A stretch of 64,000 nucleotides of DNA from an uncultured delta proteobacterium (GTDB lineage Bacteria; Desulfobacterota; RBG-13-43-22). Positions within the stretch are counted from its first letter, which is position 1. Every line of letters starts with the position of its first letter. The translations under genes were made by a program, and so were the position numbers. The stretch covers positions 96,001 through 160,000 of the forward strand of contig CAWDKY010000053.1 in the NCBI GenBank assembly GCA_963802945.1, in the 5' to 3' direction. Below the pieces are notes generated by a model. The model had not been told where the DNA came from. It did no database searches and saw only the letters and a list, made by a program, of their open reading frames with translations. Shown one piece after another: positions 1 through 11,416 of this stretch.

Positions 1-534
1 GATACCGGAGCTATAGCCGTAGGCCAGCTCTTTGTCTCCAGATCTTACTGTCCCCACCACCGAAGGGAAATTCAGATTCAGGTTGACGCCATCGAAGAGG
101 TCGTATTTTTTGTGAGCGGCAACAAAGTTCATCATCGCCCGGCCAGCGCTGACCCGCATTCCTAAATCAGTGGGCGTCATTGGGATAAACTTCGGCTCGT
201 CACCGGTGGTGCCGCGCGTAATTGCCCAGCCGACCGGGTCTTCATTAAGCAAAAACCTGATGTTGCCCGCCATAACCTTCTGTACCATTGGCTTGACATC
301 TTCGTAGGTGATGACAGGAAATGATTGTCGGTAGGACTGAATATCCATTACCTTACCGACGCTGTGCTGGTTTCCGTAATCGGTCTGAGCGTAAATTTTC
401 AGTAGTTTATTGAGCACGGTTTTTTGCGCCTGTGACGGCTGAGCGACCGCACCATGCCACGGCTGTAACATCAATCCGAGAAATTGCGCCATTTCCTGCG
501 GGTCATGCTGTTGCAATGATATACCTTCGCGCAT
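1..534 (-). CDS. GH3 (acyl acid-amido synthetase) family protein, runs off the window start
   Basis: Hand translation from ATG at 534: MREGISLQQHDPQEMAQFLG...AQTDYG...YRQSFPVITYEDVKPMV...WAITRGTTGDEPKFIPMT. The T-x-G-T-T...PKFIP and FPVITYED segments match GH3 N-termini. Absent from the ORF track because there is no stop in the window. Confidence 0.75.
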   Translation of the reverse strand, partial: MREGISLQQHDPQEMAQFLGLMLQPWHGAVAQPSQAQKTVLNKLLKIYAQTDYGNQHSVGKVMDIQSYRQSFPVITYEDVKPMVQKVMAGNIRFLLNEDPVGWAITRGTTGDEPKFIPMTPTDLGMRVSAGRAMMNFVAAHKKYDLFDGVNLNLNFPSVVGTVRSGDKELAYGYSSGI

Positions 535-1193
535 TGAAATAAATGAAGTTGTTAATGGCCTGCTACCAGTATGATAGGACTCCCGCTATTTACCAATCCG
601 GGGTCGGTCTTCAGTCTGCGTTCCATTTCAACCAGAGTTGACCAAGCGCAAACATTCGCGGCAATGGTCTCGCCAGCGTTTGCTCGTTCCCCAATAGTTG
701 GGCTTTCCATGATACAGCTCCTTGAAGATGAAAGCAAGCCGGGTTCAGGACTATAATCTTGCGAATCTGGGGACACCTTACTAATTTCTTAGTGAATGGT
801 CTGGGGAGTAGGTCTAGAATTTTGCACACTGCGGTGTATTAAAACAGAACACCGGAGCAGGGTTTTTCATAAGCACACAATAGAATCAGGTCTTTTATCA
901 TGGTGTCAACTTTCTGTCTGATGATATTATTTTCTTTGGATGTGCACAGACAATAAATATAGTAGTGTTCTGCTAACTTTAAACCCTTATCATTCGCTTT
1001 TAGTCAAGGACCCAATCAAAACTTAGAGGTGAAATCCTAAAACAAAAAGGGTCTGCCAGTTCTTTACATACCTCTTGCAAATAAAATTCATCCGGGCTAA
1101 TCTTGCGCTTATTCAAGAAAGCCATTGAAACAGGTAACCAAAAAGGACAAATTGGATCGTACCTTTGGGTTTATCTGGTTCTCTAGAGGGAAA

Positions 1194-1685
1194 ATGCTAA
1201 ATTTCAATATAGTTATAATATTTTCTAAAATTATCTCAGGTGGCCAGACCGGAGTTGATAGGGCAGCCCTAGACGCAGCCTTAGAACTTGGTATTCCTTG
1301 TGGGGGCTGGTGTCCGAATGGCCGAAAGGCCGAGGATGGCCCAATTGACCTTAAGTATCCACTCAAAGAAACTCTCTCCCCCAATTACCCTCATAGGACG
1401 GAGAAGAATGTAAGGGAAGCTGATGGAACCCTTGTTTTGACTAAGGGACCAGTAAGCGGGGGTACTGCCCTAACAGTACAGTTAGCCATTGAATATAAAA
1501 AACCTTATCTGATAATTGACTTAAACAACAAAATAGATCCCCTTATGGCCAGAGAATGGGGAGAGAAACACAATATTGAAATTCTTAATGTGGCCGGACC
1601 AAGTGAAAACACGATTCCGGGGATTCATGACCAGGCAGCGCAATTTCTCAAAGAATTATTAGGGAGGGCCGTATCGGATGAATGA
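1194..1685 (+). CDS. Putative molybdenum carrier / SLOG-family protein
   Basis: IISGGQTGVDRAALDAAL...GGWCP.GRKAEDG...RTEKNV..ADGTL...LNVAGP motifs. GAGGG precedes ATG 1194 (the ORF track starts at 1125). Confidence 0.8.
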   Translation: MLNFNIVIIFSKIISGGQTGVDRAALDAALELGIPCGGWCPNGRKAEDGPIDLKYPLKETLSPNYPHRTEKNVREADGTLVLTKGPVSGGTALTVQLAIEYKKPYLIIDLNNKIDPLMAREWGEKHNIEILNVAGPSENTIPGIHDQAAQFLKELLGRAVSDE

Positions 1686-1757
1686 GAAGGTGTTCGAGAT
1701 TGACAAGGATGCCCTCAAGATGGCTTTGAAGGGGTTAGTGGGAAGAGGATCAAAAAT

Positions 1758-1790
1758 AAAAAACCCCCTCCGGATGAGAGGGGGTTTTTG
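1758..1790. terminator. Bidirectional intrinsic terminator
   Basis: AAAAAACCCCCTC-cggatga-GAGGGGGTTTTT hairpin between convergent genes. Confidence 0.75.
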
Positions 1791-1812
1791 TATTATAAAA
1801 ATCAGGTCTGTT

Positions 1813-3634
1813 TTAAAAAGCCGCTTCCGGAATGTCGATGGCCGAGGTGTCTTCCAACTCAAGGCTGAGATGACGGGCAAAGACATTGGGCAGGATATTT
1901 CGGCAGAAGAATTTGACCGTTTCTATTTTCCCGCGGTAGAAGATACCGTCAGCCGAATCAGCAGCAACGCCCTTCAACTGTTCCCGGGCCACTAGGCCCT
2001 CTTCCAACATCAGATTGGCCATCAGGGTTTCGGCGAAACAATCCAGGAAACGGGTAGCGGTTAAAGGTACCAATCGGATCTTCTCTCCCGAAAAATACTG
2101 CATATAGCGGGTCGGGAAATCATTGGTGGCCTGGGCCGCTTTGAGAAGAAGTTCACAATCCTTTCCAAAATCCGGATCAACTTTATGCTGTTCGGCAAAG
2201 GTCATAATCCCCTGGATCCAATCCTGATAAGTCTGGCCGCCGTTCAGGGTCAGCTTTCGGCCAAACAGGTCCTGGGCCTGAATATAATTGGTCCCTTCCC
2301 AAATGGAAACGATCTTGCAGTCTCGGGCATATTGCTCCACCGGGAACTCCTGGCAGTAACCCACGCCGCCCAAAACCTGGATGGCATCCCGGATCAACAT
2401 GTACCCGAAGTCGGAAATATAGGCCTTGACTAAGGGGGTCAGCAGCTCCACCTGGCTGTCGGCCTTTTTTCGGGCGGTCTCGTCGGGATCGTACTCCGAA
2501 ATATCGATCAGATAGAAAAGCTTGCCGATCATGGCCCGCATGGCCTCTGTCCCTGATTTCAAGTTCATGAGCATCCGCCGCACGTCTTCATGTTGAATAA
2601 TCGTCACGGACGCCCCTCGACGATTGGTAAGCAGAGGCCCCTGAACCCTTTCTTTGGCGTATTGGCGGGCAGTGTCGTAGGCGGCGGCCGTCAAGCCCAG
2701 GGTTTGGACCCCACAGCCCATCCGGGCTTCATTCATCATCTCAAACATCCTGGCCATGCCGCTGTGAGGTTGACCCAGCTAGGATGCCCCGGCAGCCCCC
2801 TTTTTCCCCGAAGATCAGGGAGGCAGTGGAGGAGCCGTGGATGCCCATTTTATGTTCAATGCTGCTGCAAAAGACATCGTTGGGTTCCCCCAGGGTTCCA
2901 TCGGGATTGACCCAGATCTTGGGCACGATAAAAAGAGAAATCCCTTTGGTCCCCGGCGGGCCTCCTTCGATCTTGGCCAGGACCAGGTGGATGATGTTTT
3001 CCGCCATATCATGATTGCCGCAGGTAATAAAACACTTGTTACCTTCAATTTTATATATTCGTGGATCTTTGGAATTCGGGTCAGGCAAGGCCTTGGCTCG
3101 CGTGTTGCCCACATCAGAGCCGGCATTAGGTTCAGTCAGACACATGGTGCCGGTCCATACGCCGGTATTCAATTTTTCCAGGAAAAGGGCCTTGTCCTCC
3201 TCAGTCCCGTAATGTTCAATGACCCGGGCGTTGGAAATACTGAGGCCCGGGTAAGTCATAAAGGCCATATTGGCGGCGATAAACAATTCGTTGATCAATC
3301 CGGTCAAGGCATTCGGCAGGCCCTGCCCCCCAAAAGCGGGGGTGCCGTTCAGAGAGATCCAGCTGTTTTCCTTCATCACCTTCCAGACCTGATGAAAGGA
3401 TTCGGGGACCTTGACCTCTCCATTGTCATAGGTACAACCTTCCTTGTCCCCATCCTGATTGGTCGGGCCTATGACTTCTTTACTGACCTTCATAGCCTCC
3501 TGGATGATCATCTCAAAATCATCCAGACTGAAGTCCTTGAAGGCCTCATACTTCAAAAGATCGGCGACTTTGAGATATTCAAAAAGAACAAACCTCAGGT
3601 CCCGATCGTCTCGGTTGAAAAAATTTGTACCCAT
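1813..3634 (-). CDS. Acyl-CoA dehydrogenase (~600 aa type), split by one frameshift near 2780
   Basis: ORF 2741..3634 (MCLTEPNAGSD, GNKCFIT, EHKMGIHGS) plus ORF 1813..2757 (MFEMMNEAR, QVLGGVGY, SIWEGTNYIQ). Removing one base at ~2780 gives GILLGQPHSGMARMF. Confidence 0.9.
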
Positions 3635-3739
3635 AAAACTCCTCCTTATTTAAGATCAAAAATTCTCTAGATACCGGCTGAAGTTTATTTCGAATTAAAG
3701 TGTAGTGTCTCAATAACAGGTTACAATAGTTCTTCTGCC

Positions 3740-3952
3740 GTCATTCCCGCGAAGAGACTGTGTCGCAATTCCCTTTTTGTCATTCCGTGCAAGCGAAGCG
3801 CGACGAGGAGCCTGCCCCGGACTCGATCCGGGGGAATCCAGGGGATATGGGTCTGGTTCCCGGCTTTCGCCGGGACGACGTCTGGATGCCGGCTTTCGCC
3901 GGCATGACGGCCCTGTCCGCTATTACGACACAGCCTCCAAGTCCGGAATGAC
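3740..3952. repeat. REP-like palindrome containing a MITE-like insert (3754..3937)
   Basis: Outer GTCATTCCCGCGAA...CGGAATGAC, inner terminal inverted repeats GAGACTGTGTCGCAAT...ATTACGACACAGCCTC. A related copy lies at 61051..61239. Confidence 0.75.
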
Positions 3953-4116
3953 GAGACTGTAAAGTAGCTATTGTTAAAGTACACTAATCAACCGGAATGA
4001 CAACAAAAGAATTTTTGTTTTGTTTTTTCTGTATTATATACAATTAAAGAACAAAATGGAAGAATAATTGAAGAAAGACCTTGAAGGATTGGTAAAAAAC
4101 AGGATAAAATCAATCC

Positions 4117-6116
4117 ATGAAGCAAGCCTTTAAACTCATTTCCGAATTCCTGCCCAAGGGAGATCAGCCCCAGGCCATTGAACAATTAATTCAGGGTGTT
4201 GACCAGGGATTGGGTCATCAGGTGTTATTGGGGGTCACCGGTTCAGGGAAGACCTTCACCATGGCCCAGGTAGTAGCCCGGGTTAATAAGCCGACCTTGG
4301 TCCTGGCCCCGAACAAGACCCTGGCCGCCCAGCTTTATGGAGAATTCAAATCCTTTTTCCCGGAAAATGCGGTGGAATATTTCGTCAGTTATTATGACTA
4401 TTACCAACCCGAGGCCTACCTCCCCCAGACCGACACCTACATCGACAAGGACTCTTCCATCAACGAAGCCATCGATAAAATGCGCCATTCGGCCACCCGA
4501 TCATTGTTGACCCGCAGCGATTGCCTGATCGTGGCTAGCGTCTCTTGCATTTACGGCCTGGGCTCCCCGGAAGCCTACCAGGGGATGCTCTTGTCTTTAA
4601 AAGAAAACCAGGAAATAAAAAGAGAAGAAGTTCTCATCCAACTGGTGTCCATGCTATATGAACGAAACGACTTCGACTTCCATCGGGGAACCTTTCGGGT
4701 CCGAGGTGATGTGGTGGAAGTTTTTCCGGCTTACGAAGAAGATCAGGCCCTGCGTATCAACTTCTTCGGCGATTCCATCGAATCCCTTTCCATAATCGAT
4801 CCCTTGCGGGGCAAAAAAATCGAACGATTGGAACAGATTCATATCTTCCCCAACAGCCATTATGTGACTTCAGAGGAGAGAATGGAACAGGCCTTTCAAG
4901 CCATCGAACAAGAACTGGAAGAACGGATTGTTTTTTTTCGCTCCCGGAGATAAATTACTGGAGGCCCAACGCATCGAAGAACGGACCCGGTTCGATCTGG
5001 AAATGATGAAGGAACTTGGCTATTGTCACGGTATAGAAAATTATTCCCGTCATCTCACCGGCCGGCAGCCCGGCCAGCCCCCCCCTACCCTGCTGGAATA
5101 TTTTCCCAGAGACTTTCTCCTTTTTATTGACGAAAGTCATTTGGCTGTACCTCAACTCCAGGGCATGTATCGGGGGGACCGATCCCGCAAACAGACCCTG
5201 GTCGATTACGGCTTCAGGCTCCCTTCGGCCCTGGACAATCGTCCCTTGAATTTCAAAGAATTTGAAAACCTGGTCAATCAGGTCATTTATGTCTCGGCCA
5301 CTCCGGCCGAATATGAGCTGAGAAAATCAGAGGGAGTGGTGGCCGAACAGGTCATCCGGCCCACGGGATTGATGGATCCCCAAATCCAGGTCTTTCCGGC
5401 CGACAATCAGGTGGAGCATCTGAAAAAAGAGATTGACAAAACGGGTCTCCCGCCAGGAGCGGATTCTGGTCACCACCCTGACCAAACGTCTGGCCGAGAA
5501 TCTGACCGAATATTACCAGGAATTAGGGATAAAGGTCCGCTATCTTCATTCCGATATCGATACCCTGGAGCGGATCGAGATCCTTCGGGATTTACGTCTG
5601 GGGGCCTTTGATTGCCTGGTCGGGATCAATCTCCTGCGGGAAGGGCTGGACCTACCCGAAGTCAGCCTGGTGGCCATCCTGGATGCCGACAAGGAAGGTT
5701 TTTTACGCTCCACCCGATCCCTGATCCAGACCTGCGGCCGGGCCTCTCGAAATATTTCCGGAGAAGTCTATTTTTATGCCAACCAGATCACCCGTTCCAT
5801 GCAGGAGGCCATCGATGAAACGGAAAAACGCCGGGCCATTCAAACAGCCTACAATAAAAAAAATAAAATAACACCCACTTCCATAAAAAAATCGATCCAG
5901 GATATCATGGCTTCGGTCTATGAGGCCGATTACGTTACTGTTCCCATTGCCAAGGATAAACAAAAGGAATTTGCCGAGCCCGAGCAGATCCCACAACTGA
6001 TCAAACAACTCAGAAAAAGGATGAAAGATGCGGCTACCCGGCTGGATTTTGAAGAGGCCGCTGAACTGCGGGACCGGATCAAGGTTTTGCAAGAAGAGGA
6101 ATTGCTGTGGAAATGA
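4117..6116 (+). CDS. uvrB: Excinuclease ABC subunit B, two apparent frameshifts (~4945, ~5440)
   Basis: [36 protein letters not shown] and C-terminal FEEAAELRD, spread over three overlapping ORFs. Confidence 0.95.
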
Positions 6117-6123
6117 TAAAAAC

Positions 6124-6155
6124 AGGTGTAAGGTTCAAGGTACAAGGTACACGGA
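6124..6155. repeat. Degenerate 7-mer tandem repeat (AAGGTAC-like)
   Basis: aggtgta-aggttca-aggtaca-aggtaca-cgg just after the uvrB stop. Complementary CCTTGTA-type runs occur at ~9925-9970. Confidence 0.55.
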
Positions 6156-6241
6156 AAAGGTAATAACATATTTTTCTCTCCGTGGGGTTTATAGCCCATA
6201 ACTCTTTGCCTTTTGCCTGATTACTAAACAAGGAGGAAACC

Positions 6242-7675
6242 GTGATTAATTATTATGCCCTTGGGGCTTTTCTTGTAGGACTTATTTTCGGCACAGTATT
6301 AGCCTGGATAATCTTCCGGCTGAAAACCTCTCAGAAAATTTCCGAAGGCATCCAGCCCTATCAATCGGAAATGGCCGTCTTGGGGGAACGCATCAAATCA
6401 CGAGAATCCGAGCTCCAGGGTTTGACGTCCGACAACCGAGAACTGGAAATGGAAGTGAATAGATTAAGGGAAGAGAATAGCAATCTGAAACAGGTCCAAA
6501 CCGAACTGGAAACCCTGTTGCATAAAGAACGTCAGGCCATGGAGGAAAAAATTGCGCTCCTGAATGAAGCTTCTAAAAAAATGGAGGATGCCTTCAAGGC
6601 CTTATCGGCTGAATGTTTAAGAAGCAATAATCAGCAGTTTTTAGACTTGGCCAAGGCCACCCTGGAAAAATTTCAGTCCGAGGCCAAAGGAGATCTGGAG
6701 CAGCGTCAAAAAGCCGTGGAAGGCACCATCGCCCCTTTAAAGGAAACCCTGGAAAAATATGTTCAACAGGTCCAAGCCATGGAAATGTCCCGCCAGCAGG
6801 CTTACGGCAGTCTGAGTCAGTATTTGGAATCCATGGCTGTTGCTGAAAAACAGCTCCAACAAGAAACCGGTAACCTGGTGAAGGCCTTGAGATCTCCCCA
6901 GGTCCGGGGAAGATGGGGGGAAATCACGCTAAAACGGGTGGCTGAATTGGCCGGCATGTCCGAACATTGTGATTTTTTTGAGCAGGAATCGGTGAAAAGC
7001 GAGGAAGGGAATTTACGCCCGGACATGAAGGTTCAATTGCCCAACAAAAAAGTGGTAGTCGTGGATTCCAAGGCCCCCTTGCAGTCCTATTTGGATTCCC
7101 TCGAGGCCCCGACCGAGGAGGAACGAAAAACCAAACTGCGGGACCATGCCCGTCTCATACAGACACACATGCAAAAACTTTCCGCCAAAAATTACTGGGA
7201 TCAGTTCTCCGAGGCCCCGGAATTTGTCATCCTTTTTTTACCGGGAGAAAATTTCTTCAGCGCCGCCCTGGAACAAAACCCTTATTTGATCGAAGAGGGA
7301 GTGAATCAAAAAGTCATTCTGGCCACACCCACCACCCTGATTACACTTTTGCGGGCCGTTGCCTATGGCTGGCGTCAGGAGGCCCTGACTGAAAATGCCC
7401 AGGCCATCAGTGAAATGGGAAAAACCCTGTATGAACGTCTGGTCAAGTTGGCCGTCCACTTTGCCGAGTTGGGAAGGTATCTCGATAAGTCTCTTCATGC
7501 CTATAATGAGGCCGTCGGCTCCTTGGAAAGTCGGGTCCTGGTGTCTGCCCGGCGTTTTAAGGAACTGGGCATCAGTTCCAAGGCCAATGTCCCTGAATTA
7601 CGCCCTTTGGAAAATAGCGCCCGAAATTTTCAGTCACCGGAGTTTGATACCGAAAAAGATATAGTGGAGGTATGA
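6242..7675 (+). CDS. rmuC: DNA recombination protein RmuC
   Basis: N-terminal TM segment plus coiled coil, RGRWGE, RPD, VDSK, FVILFLPGE and ILATPTTL motifs. Confidence 0.93.
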   Translation: MINYYALGAFLVGLIFGTVLAWIIFRLKTSQKISEGIQPYQSEMAVLGERIKSRESELQGLTSDNRELEMEVNRLREENSNLKQVQTELETLLHKERQAMEEKIALLNEASKKMEDAFKALSAECLRSNNQQFLDLAKATLEKFQSEAKGDLEQRQKAVEGTIAPLKETLEKYVQQVQAMEMSRQQAYGSLSQYLESMAVAEKQLQQETGNLVKALRSPQVRGRWGEITLKRVAELAGMSEHCDFFEQESVKSEEGNLRPDMKVQLPNKKVVVVDSKAPLQSYLDSLEAPTEEERKTKLRDHARLIQTHMQKLSAKNYWDQFSEAPEFVILFLPGENFFSAALEQNPYLIEEGVNQKVILATPTTLITLLRAVAYGWRQEALTENAQAISEMGKTLYERLVKLAVHFAELGRYLDKSLHAYNEAVGSLESRVLVSARRFKELGISSKANVPELRPLENSARNFQSPEFDTEKDIVEV

Positions 7676-7947
7676 AAACTGTTAAAAATAAAGCCTTCTG
7701 AGCCGGTTGCGGCCGATAAAAATTTGTGGTTTTATATTTATATTATCGATAAAACATAAACCTTTTTCTTCACATGTTTTGTTATTTCTCCTTGTCTCCT
7801 CTTATGGGCTTGTTTTTACCCGAAAGGCAAAGAGATCTTTTTGACCAGGCTATTTCCTTCCCAACTCTTAATTTTTTCTTGTATTTTTCGTGTTATCGCC
7901 TATGATTTCCTCATGGGAAATTAGAAAAAACAGAAGGGAGTCCGCCT

Positions 7948-9849
7948 ATGGCTCTGGGACTGGATAACGGCCTTTTTCAGGAAATGAAAAAAGGGGTTCC
8001 GGAAAAGTTCATCTCCGAAGAAGAAATTTTCAGTCATATCCATCGGGGCGACCGCATTTTTATCAGCACCGCCTGCGGTGAACCCCAATATCTGGTTCAA
8101 TCCCTGATTCGTTTTGTGGAATCAAACCCCAAGGCCTTTTTTGATGCGGAAGTCCTTCATGTCTGGACCCTGGGGGTCGCTCCTTATACGGATGAAAAAT
8201 TTAAAACCAATTTCCGCCATAATTCTTTTTTTGTTGGTAACAATTCTCGGGAGGCAGTCAATCGGGGGCTGGCCGATTATACGCCTATATTTCTATCCAA
8301 TGTTCCCGAATGGTTCCGCCGAGGGCTGGTCCCTATCAATGTAGCCCTGATCCAGACTTCCCTGCCGGACAATCATGGCTATTTAAGCCTAGGAATCAGC
8401 GTGGACATTGTGAAAGCCGCTTTGGAAAACGCTTCCCTGGTCATTGCCCAGGTCAATCCCAATATGCCCCGGGTTCATGGGGATGGATTCATCCATATCA
8501 ACGACATCAATTTTCTTATCTATCATGATGAGCCTCTTCTGGAATATGAAGCGGTTGCTCCTAACGAAACGGCTCAACTGATCGGGAAATACGTGGCCCG
8601 CATTGTCCAGGATGGGGATACCATTCAGGTGGGCTATGGGAGTCTGCCCAATGCCATTCTGGATAACTTGAGTCAAAAAAAACATCTCGGAGTTCACACC
8701 GAATTACTGACCGATGGTTTAGTGGAATTAATGAAAAAAGGCGTGATCGACAACAGTCGAAAGACCTTAAACCGGGGTAAAACCGTAGCCACCTTCTGTA
8801 TGGGCCACCGGAAGACTTACGAGTTCATCGACGACAATCCAAGCATCGAATTCCGGACGATCGATTATACCAATAATCCCCTGATGATCGCCCAACAAAA
8901 AAACATGACCGCCATCAACAGTGCCCTGGAGATCGATCTGACCGGACAGGTCACCGCCGAATCCCTGGGCAAGACCTTCTACAGCGGGATCGGAGGGCAG
9001 GCGGATTTCATGCGTGGGGCCGTTCTGGCCCCGGGCGGCAAAAGCATCCTGGCCATCCAGTCCACTGCCGAATGGGGCAAGGTGTCCCGCATTGTTCCCT
9101 TCCTGCGGGAAGGAGCCGGTGCAACCCTCCTCCGCGGCGATGTTCATTATGTGGTGACGGAATACGGGATCGTCTACCTTCATGGGAAAAATATTCGAGA
9201 ACGGGCCATGGCTTTGATTTCCATTGCCCATCCTGATTTTCGCCCCTGGTTGATTGAAGAAGCCAAAAAGGCCAATCTCATCTATGGGGACCAGGCCTTC
9301 ATCCCCGGCGAAAAGGGAGAATATCCGGAACATTTGGAAATCTATCGAACTACACCAAAAGGGCTACAACTCTTCCTTCGGCCGGTAAAAATCAGTGATG
9401 AGCCTTTATTAAAAGATTTTTTTTACTCCCTCTCCGATCAAAGCATGTATCGCCGGTTCATTTCTTTTCGCCGGGATATGCCCCACGAGCGGCTGCAGGA
9501 ATATGTGATTATCGATTATACCAAGGAAATGATCATCCTGGCCTGCGTCAAAGAAGGGGAAATGGAAAAAGTCGTCGCCATCGGACAATATTATATCGAC
9601 CCCAATACCCACAGCGCCGAAGTGGCCCAGGCTACCCGTGAAGAATATCAGGGAAAAGGGATCGGCACGGAACTGCTTCTATATCTAACCTATCTGGCCA
9701 AACGGGAGGGTCTATTAGGTTTTACAGCCGAAGTCCTAATCGAAAACAGACCGATGCTCCATTTATTTGAGAAGATGGGGTTTGACATACAACGGCAAGG
9801 AGCACAAGGGGTATATGAATTAAAGATGACCTTCCGGGAGACAGGATAA
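7948..9849 (+). CDS. Acetyl-CoA hydrolase / 4-hydroxybutyrate CoA-transferase-like protein fused to a C-terminal GNAT domain
   Basis: IQVGYG, LGVHTEL, EIDLTGQV, SGIGGQADF, VVTEYG. C-terminal YQGKGIG and NRPMLHLFEKMGF (GNAT). Confidence 0.9.
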   Translation: MALGLDNGLFQEMKKGVPEKFISEEEIFSHIHRGDRIFISTACGEPQYLVQSLIRFVESNPKAFFDAEVLHVWTLGVAPYTDEKFKTNFRHNSFFVGNNSREAVNRGLADYTPIFLSNVPEWFRRGLVPINVALIQTSLPDNHGYLSLGISVDIVKAALENASLVIAQVNPNMPRVHGDGFIHINDINFLIYHDEPLLEYEAVAPNETAQLIGKYVARIVQDGDTIQVGYGSLPNAILDNLSQKKHLGVHTELLTDGLVELMKKGVIDNSRKTLNRGKTVATFCMGHRKTYEFIDDNPSIEFRTIDYTNNPLMIAQQKNMTAINSALEIDLTGQVTAESLGKTFYSGIGGQADFMRGAVLAPGGKSILAIQSTAEWGKVSRIVPFLREGAGATLLRGDVHYVVTEYGIVYLHGKNIRERAMALISIAHPDFRPWLIEEAKKANLIYGDQAFIPGEKGEYPEHLEIYRTTPKGLQLFLRPVKISDEPLLKDFFYSLSDQSMYRRFISFRRDMPHERLQEYVIIDYTKEMIILACVKEGEMEKVVAIGQYYIDPNTHSAEVAQATREEYQGKGIGTELLLYLTYLAKREGLLGFTAEVLIENRPMLHLFEKMGFDIQRQGAQGVYELKMTFRETG

Positions 9850-9894
9850 CAGATCCCTAATAGGGTTTAAAGAAGCTCTCGAAGCTGCCGATTT

Positions 9895-9970
9895 AAGGTA
9901 TAAGGTGGGCGGTACATGGTTTTTCCTTGAACCTTGTACCTTGTACCGTTTCTTGAACCCTCGAAACCTA
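9895..9970. repeat. Inverted arrangement of degenerate 7-mer repeats between convergent genes
   Basis: aaggtat-aaggtgg-gcggtac ... ccttgaa-ccttgta-ccttgta-ccgttt. Confidence 0.5.
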
Positions 9971-10009
9971 TTTTCATACTAAACCTTTGTCAAGCTGCTT
10001 TTTGGAAAT

Positions 10010-11290
10010 CTATTCCCTTCCAATTGCCCTCTCAACCTTATAGCGGGCGATCATATAATTGTACAAGGCCTGGCTGTAATCGTTTTCAGCCTGAAGATAG
10101 GAACTTCGGGCATCGGTGATATCCAGCATAGCCCCCACTCCGGCCTTGTAACGCCCTTCGGCCAGATCCAGATTCTCTTTGGCACTCCGCAAGGATTCCT
10201 TGGCTACATCGATCTGTTTTTCCGCCAACACTTGATTGAGGTACTGGCTTTGAAGATTACTGATCACTTGCAGTTTCTGGATCTCTTCGTTCGCCTTGGC
10301 CTGGCTTAGATTAGCCTGGATTTCAGCCAATTTGAACTCTTTTAGAAAACCGGTAAAGATCGGGATATTCAATTGCAGGCCCACATTCCAGGTCTCATCA
10401 TTGTTATAATAGGTGCCGACGTTCCGCCCATATTTGGCTGTGCCGGTCAGGGTAGGCCAAAATTCCCTCTTGGCCTCTTTTTCTTGGACCTCCCAATACT
10501 TGATAGTAACCCTGAGCCGGTTTAATATCGGATCCTTCTCCAAGGCCTCCTTCTGGAGATCTTCCAGTTTCCAATCTACCCGACCTGCTTCCAGGTCGTC
10601 TTTTAAAGTATAACCTTTGGGCTGATCTAAACCCATGGCTGCCGCCAAGGTAACCCACCCTACCCGTACGTTGTTCTCTGCCTGAAGCAAGACCTTTTGG
10701 GCGGTGATGACCGTCACTTCAGCCTGGGTCACATCTATCCTGGCCTTCAATCCTACCTGGTAAAAACCCTGGGCCTGGTTAAAATGCTCACGGGTTCTTT
10801 CCAAGTCCTCTCGACTAAACGTAACCACCCGTTGGGCCAGTAAAACCCCGTAATAAGCTTGCCGAATATTATCGATCACTGAAAGTCGGGTATCTTTTAA
10901 GGTCCACTGATAGGTCTTCAAATCTTCCTTCGAAGCCTGAATTGTATATTCACGACGTCCGAAATCGTAGATATTTTGCGACAGGCCGAGATAATAAGTG
11001 GTAAGATCGGTAGGTGGAATATTCACTCCAGGAGGAGCATTAGTTAAGGAACTCAGGCTGCTGTAACGGTTGTAATCCGTCTCACCAAAGAGGGTAGGAT
11101 AATAAGTGGACTGGGTTTGCTTTACCCGGGCCTTCGCCCCTTCAATCCCTTGCACGGCTGCCTGGATCGTTGGATTCTGCTTCAATCCAATGTCCACACA
11201 AGTCTTCAGATCCCATTCCTCGGCCGATACCATCCGGCAGATAAAAAGGCAGAACAATAAAGTTAAAAATACAACAACCTTCTTTTTCAT
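10010..11290 (-). CDS. TolC-family outer membrane efflux protein
   Basis: Signal peptide, two OEP repeats (NP...; AYYGVL; RYKAGVG...D...A..Y..A.Y..ERAIG). Confidence 0.88.
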   Translation of the reverse strand: MKKKVVVFLTLLFCLFICRMVSAEEWDLKTCVDIGLKQNPTIQAAVQGIEGAKARVKQTQSTYYPTLFGETDYNRYSSLSSLTNAPPGVNIPPTDLTTYYLGLSQNIYDFGRREYTIQASKEDLKTYQWTLKDTRLSVIDNIRQAYYGVLLAQRVVTFSREDLERTREHFNQAQGFYQVGLKARIDVTQAEVTVITAQKVLLQAENNVRVGWVTLAAAMGLDQPKGYTLKDDLEAGRVDWKLEDLQKEALEKDPILNRLRVTIKYWEVQEKEAKREFWPTLTGTAKYGRNVGTYYNNDETWNVGLQLNIPIFTGFLKEFKLAEIQANLSQAKANEEIQKLQVISNLQSQYLNQVLAEKQIDVAKESLRSAKENLDLAEGRYKAGVGAMLDITDARSSYLQAENDYSQALYNYMIARYKVERAIGRE

Positions 11291-11416
11291 AATTCTCCCT
11301 CATACTATATTTACTCTTAATATGAATAAATTTTTCGTCGTTAAGCTTTCAGCTTTCGGAGGAAAATTTTCTTCACTCTTCACTCCGAAATCCAAAATCC
11401 GCATTCTAAAGTTTGT

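Noticed and set aside
552-829. Short overlapping ORFs
   Set aside because: No RBS, motif or recognisable homology.
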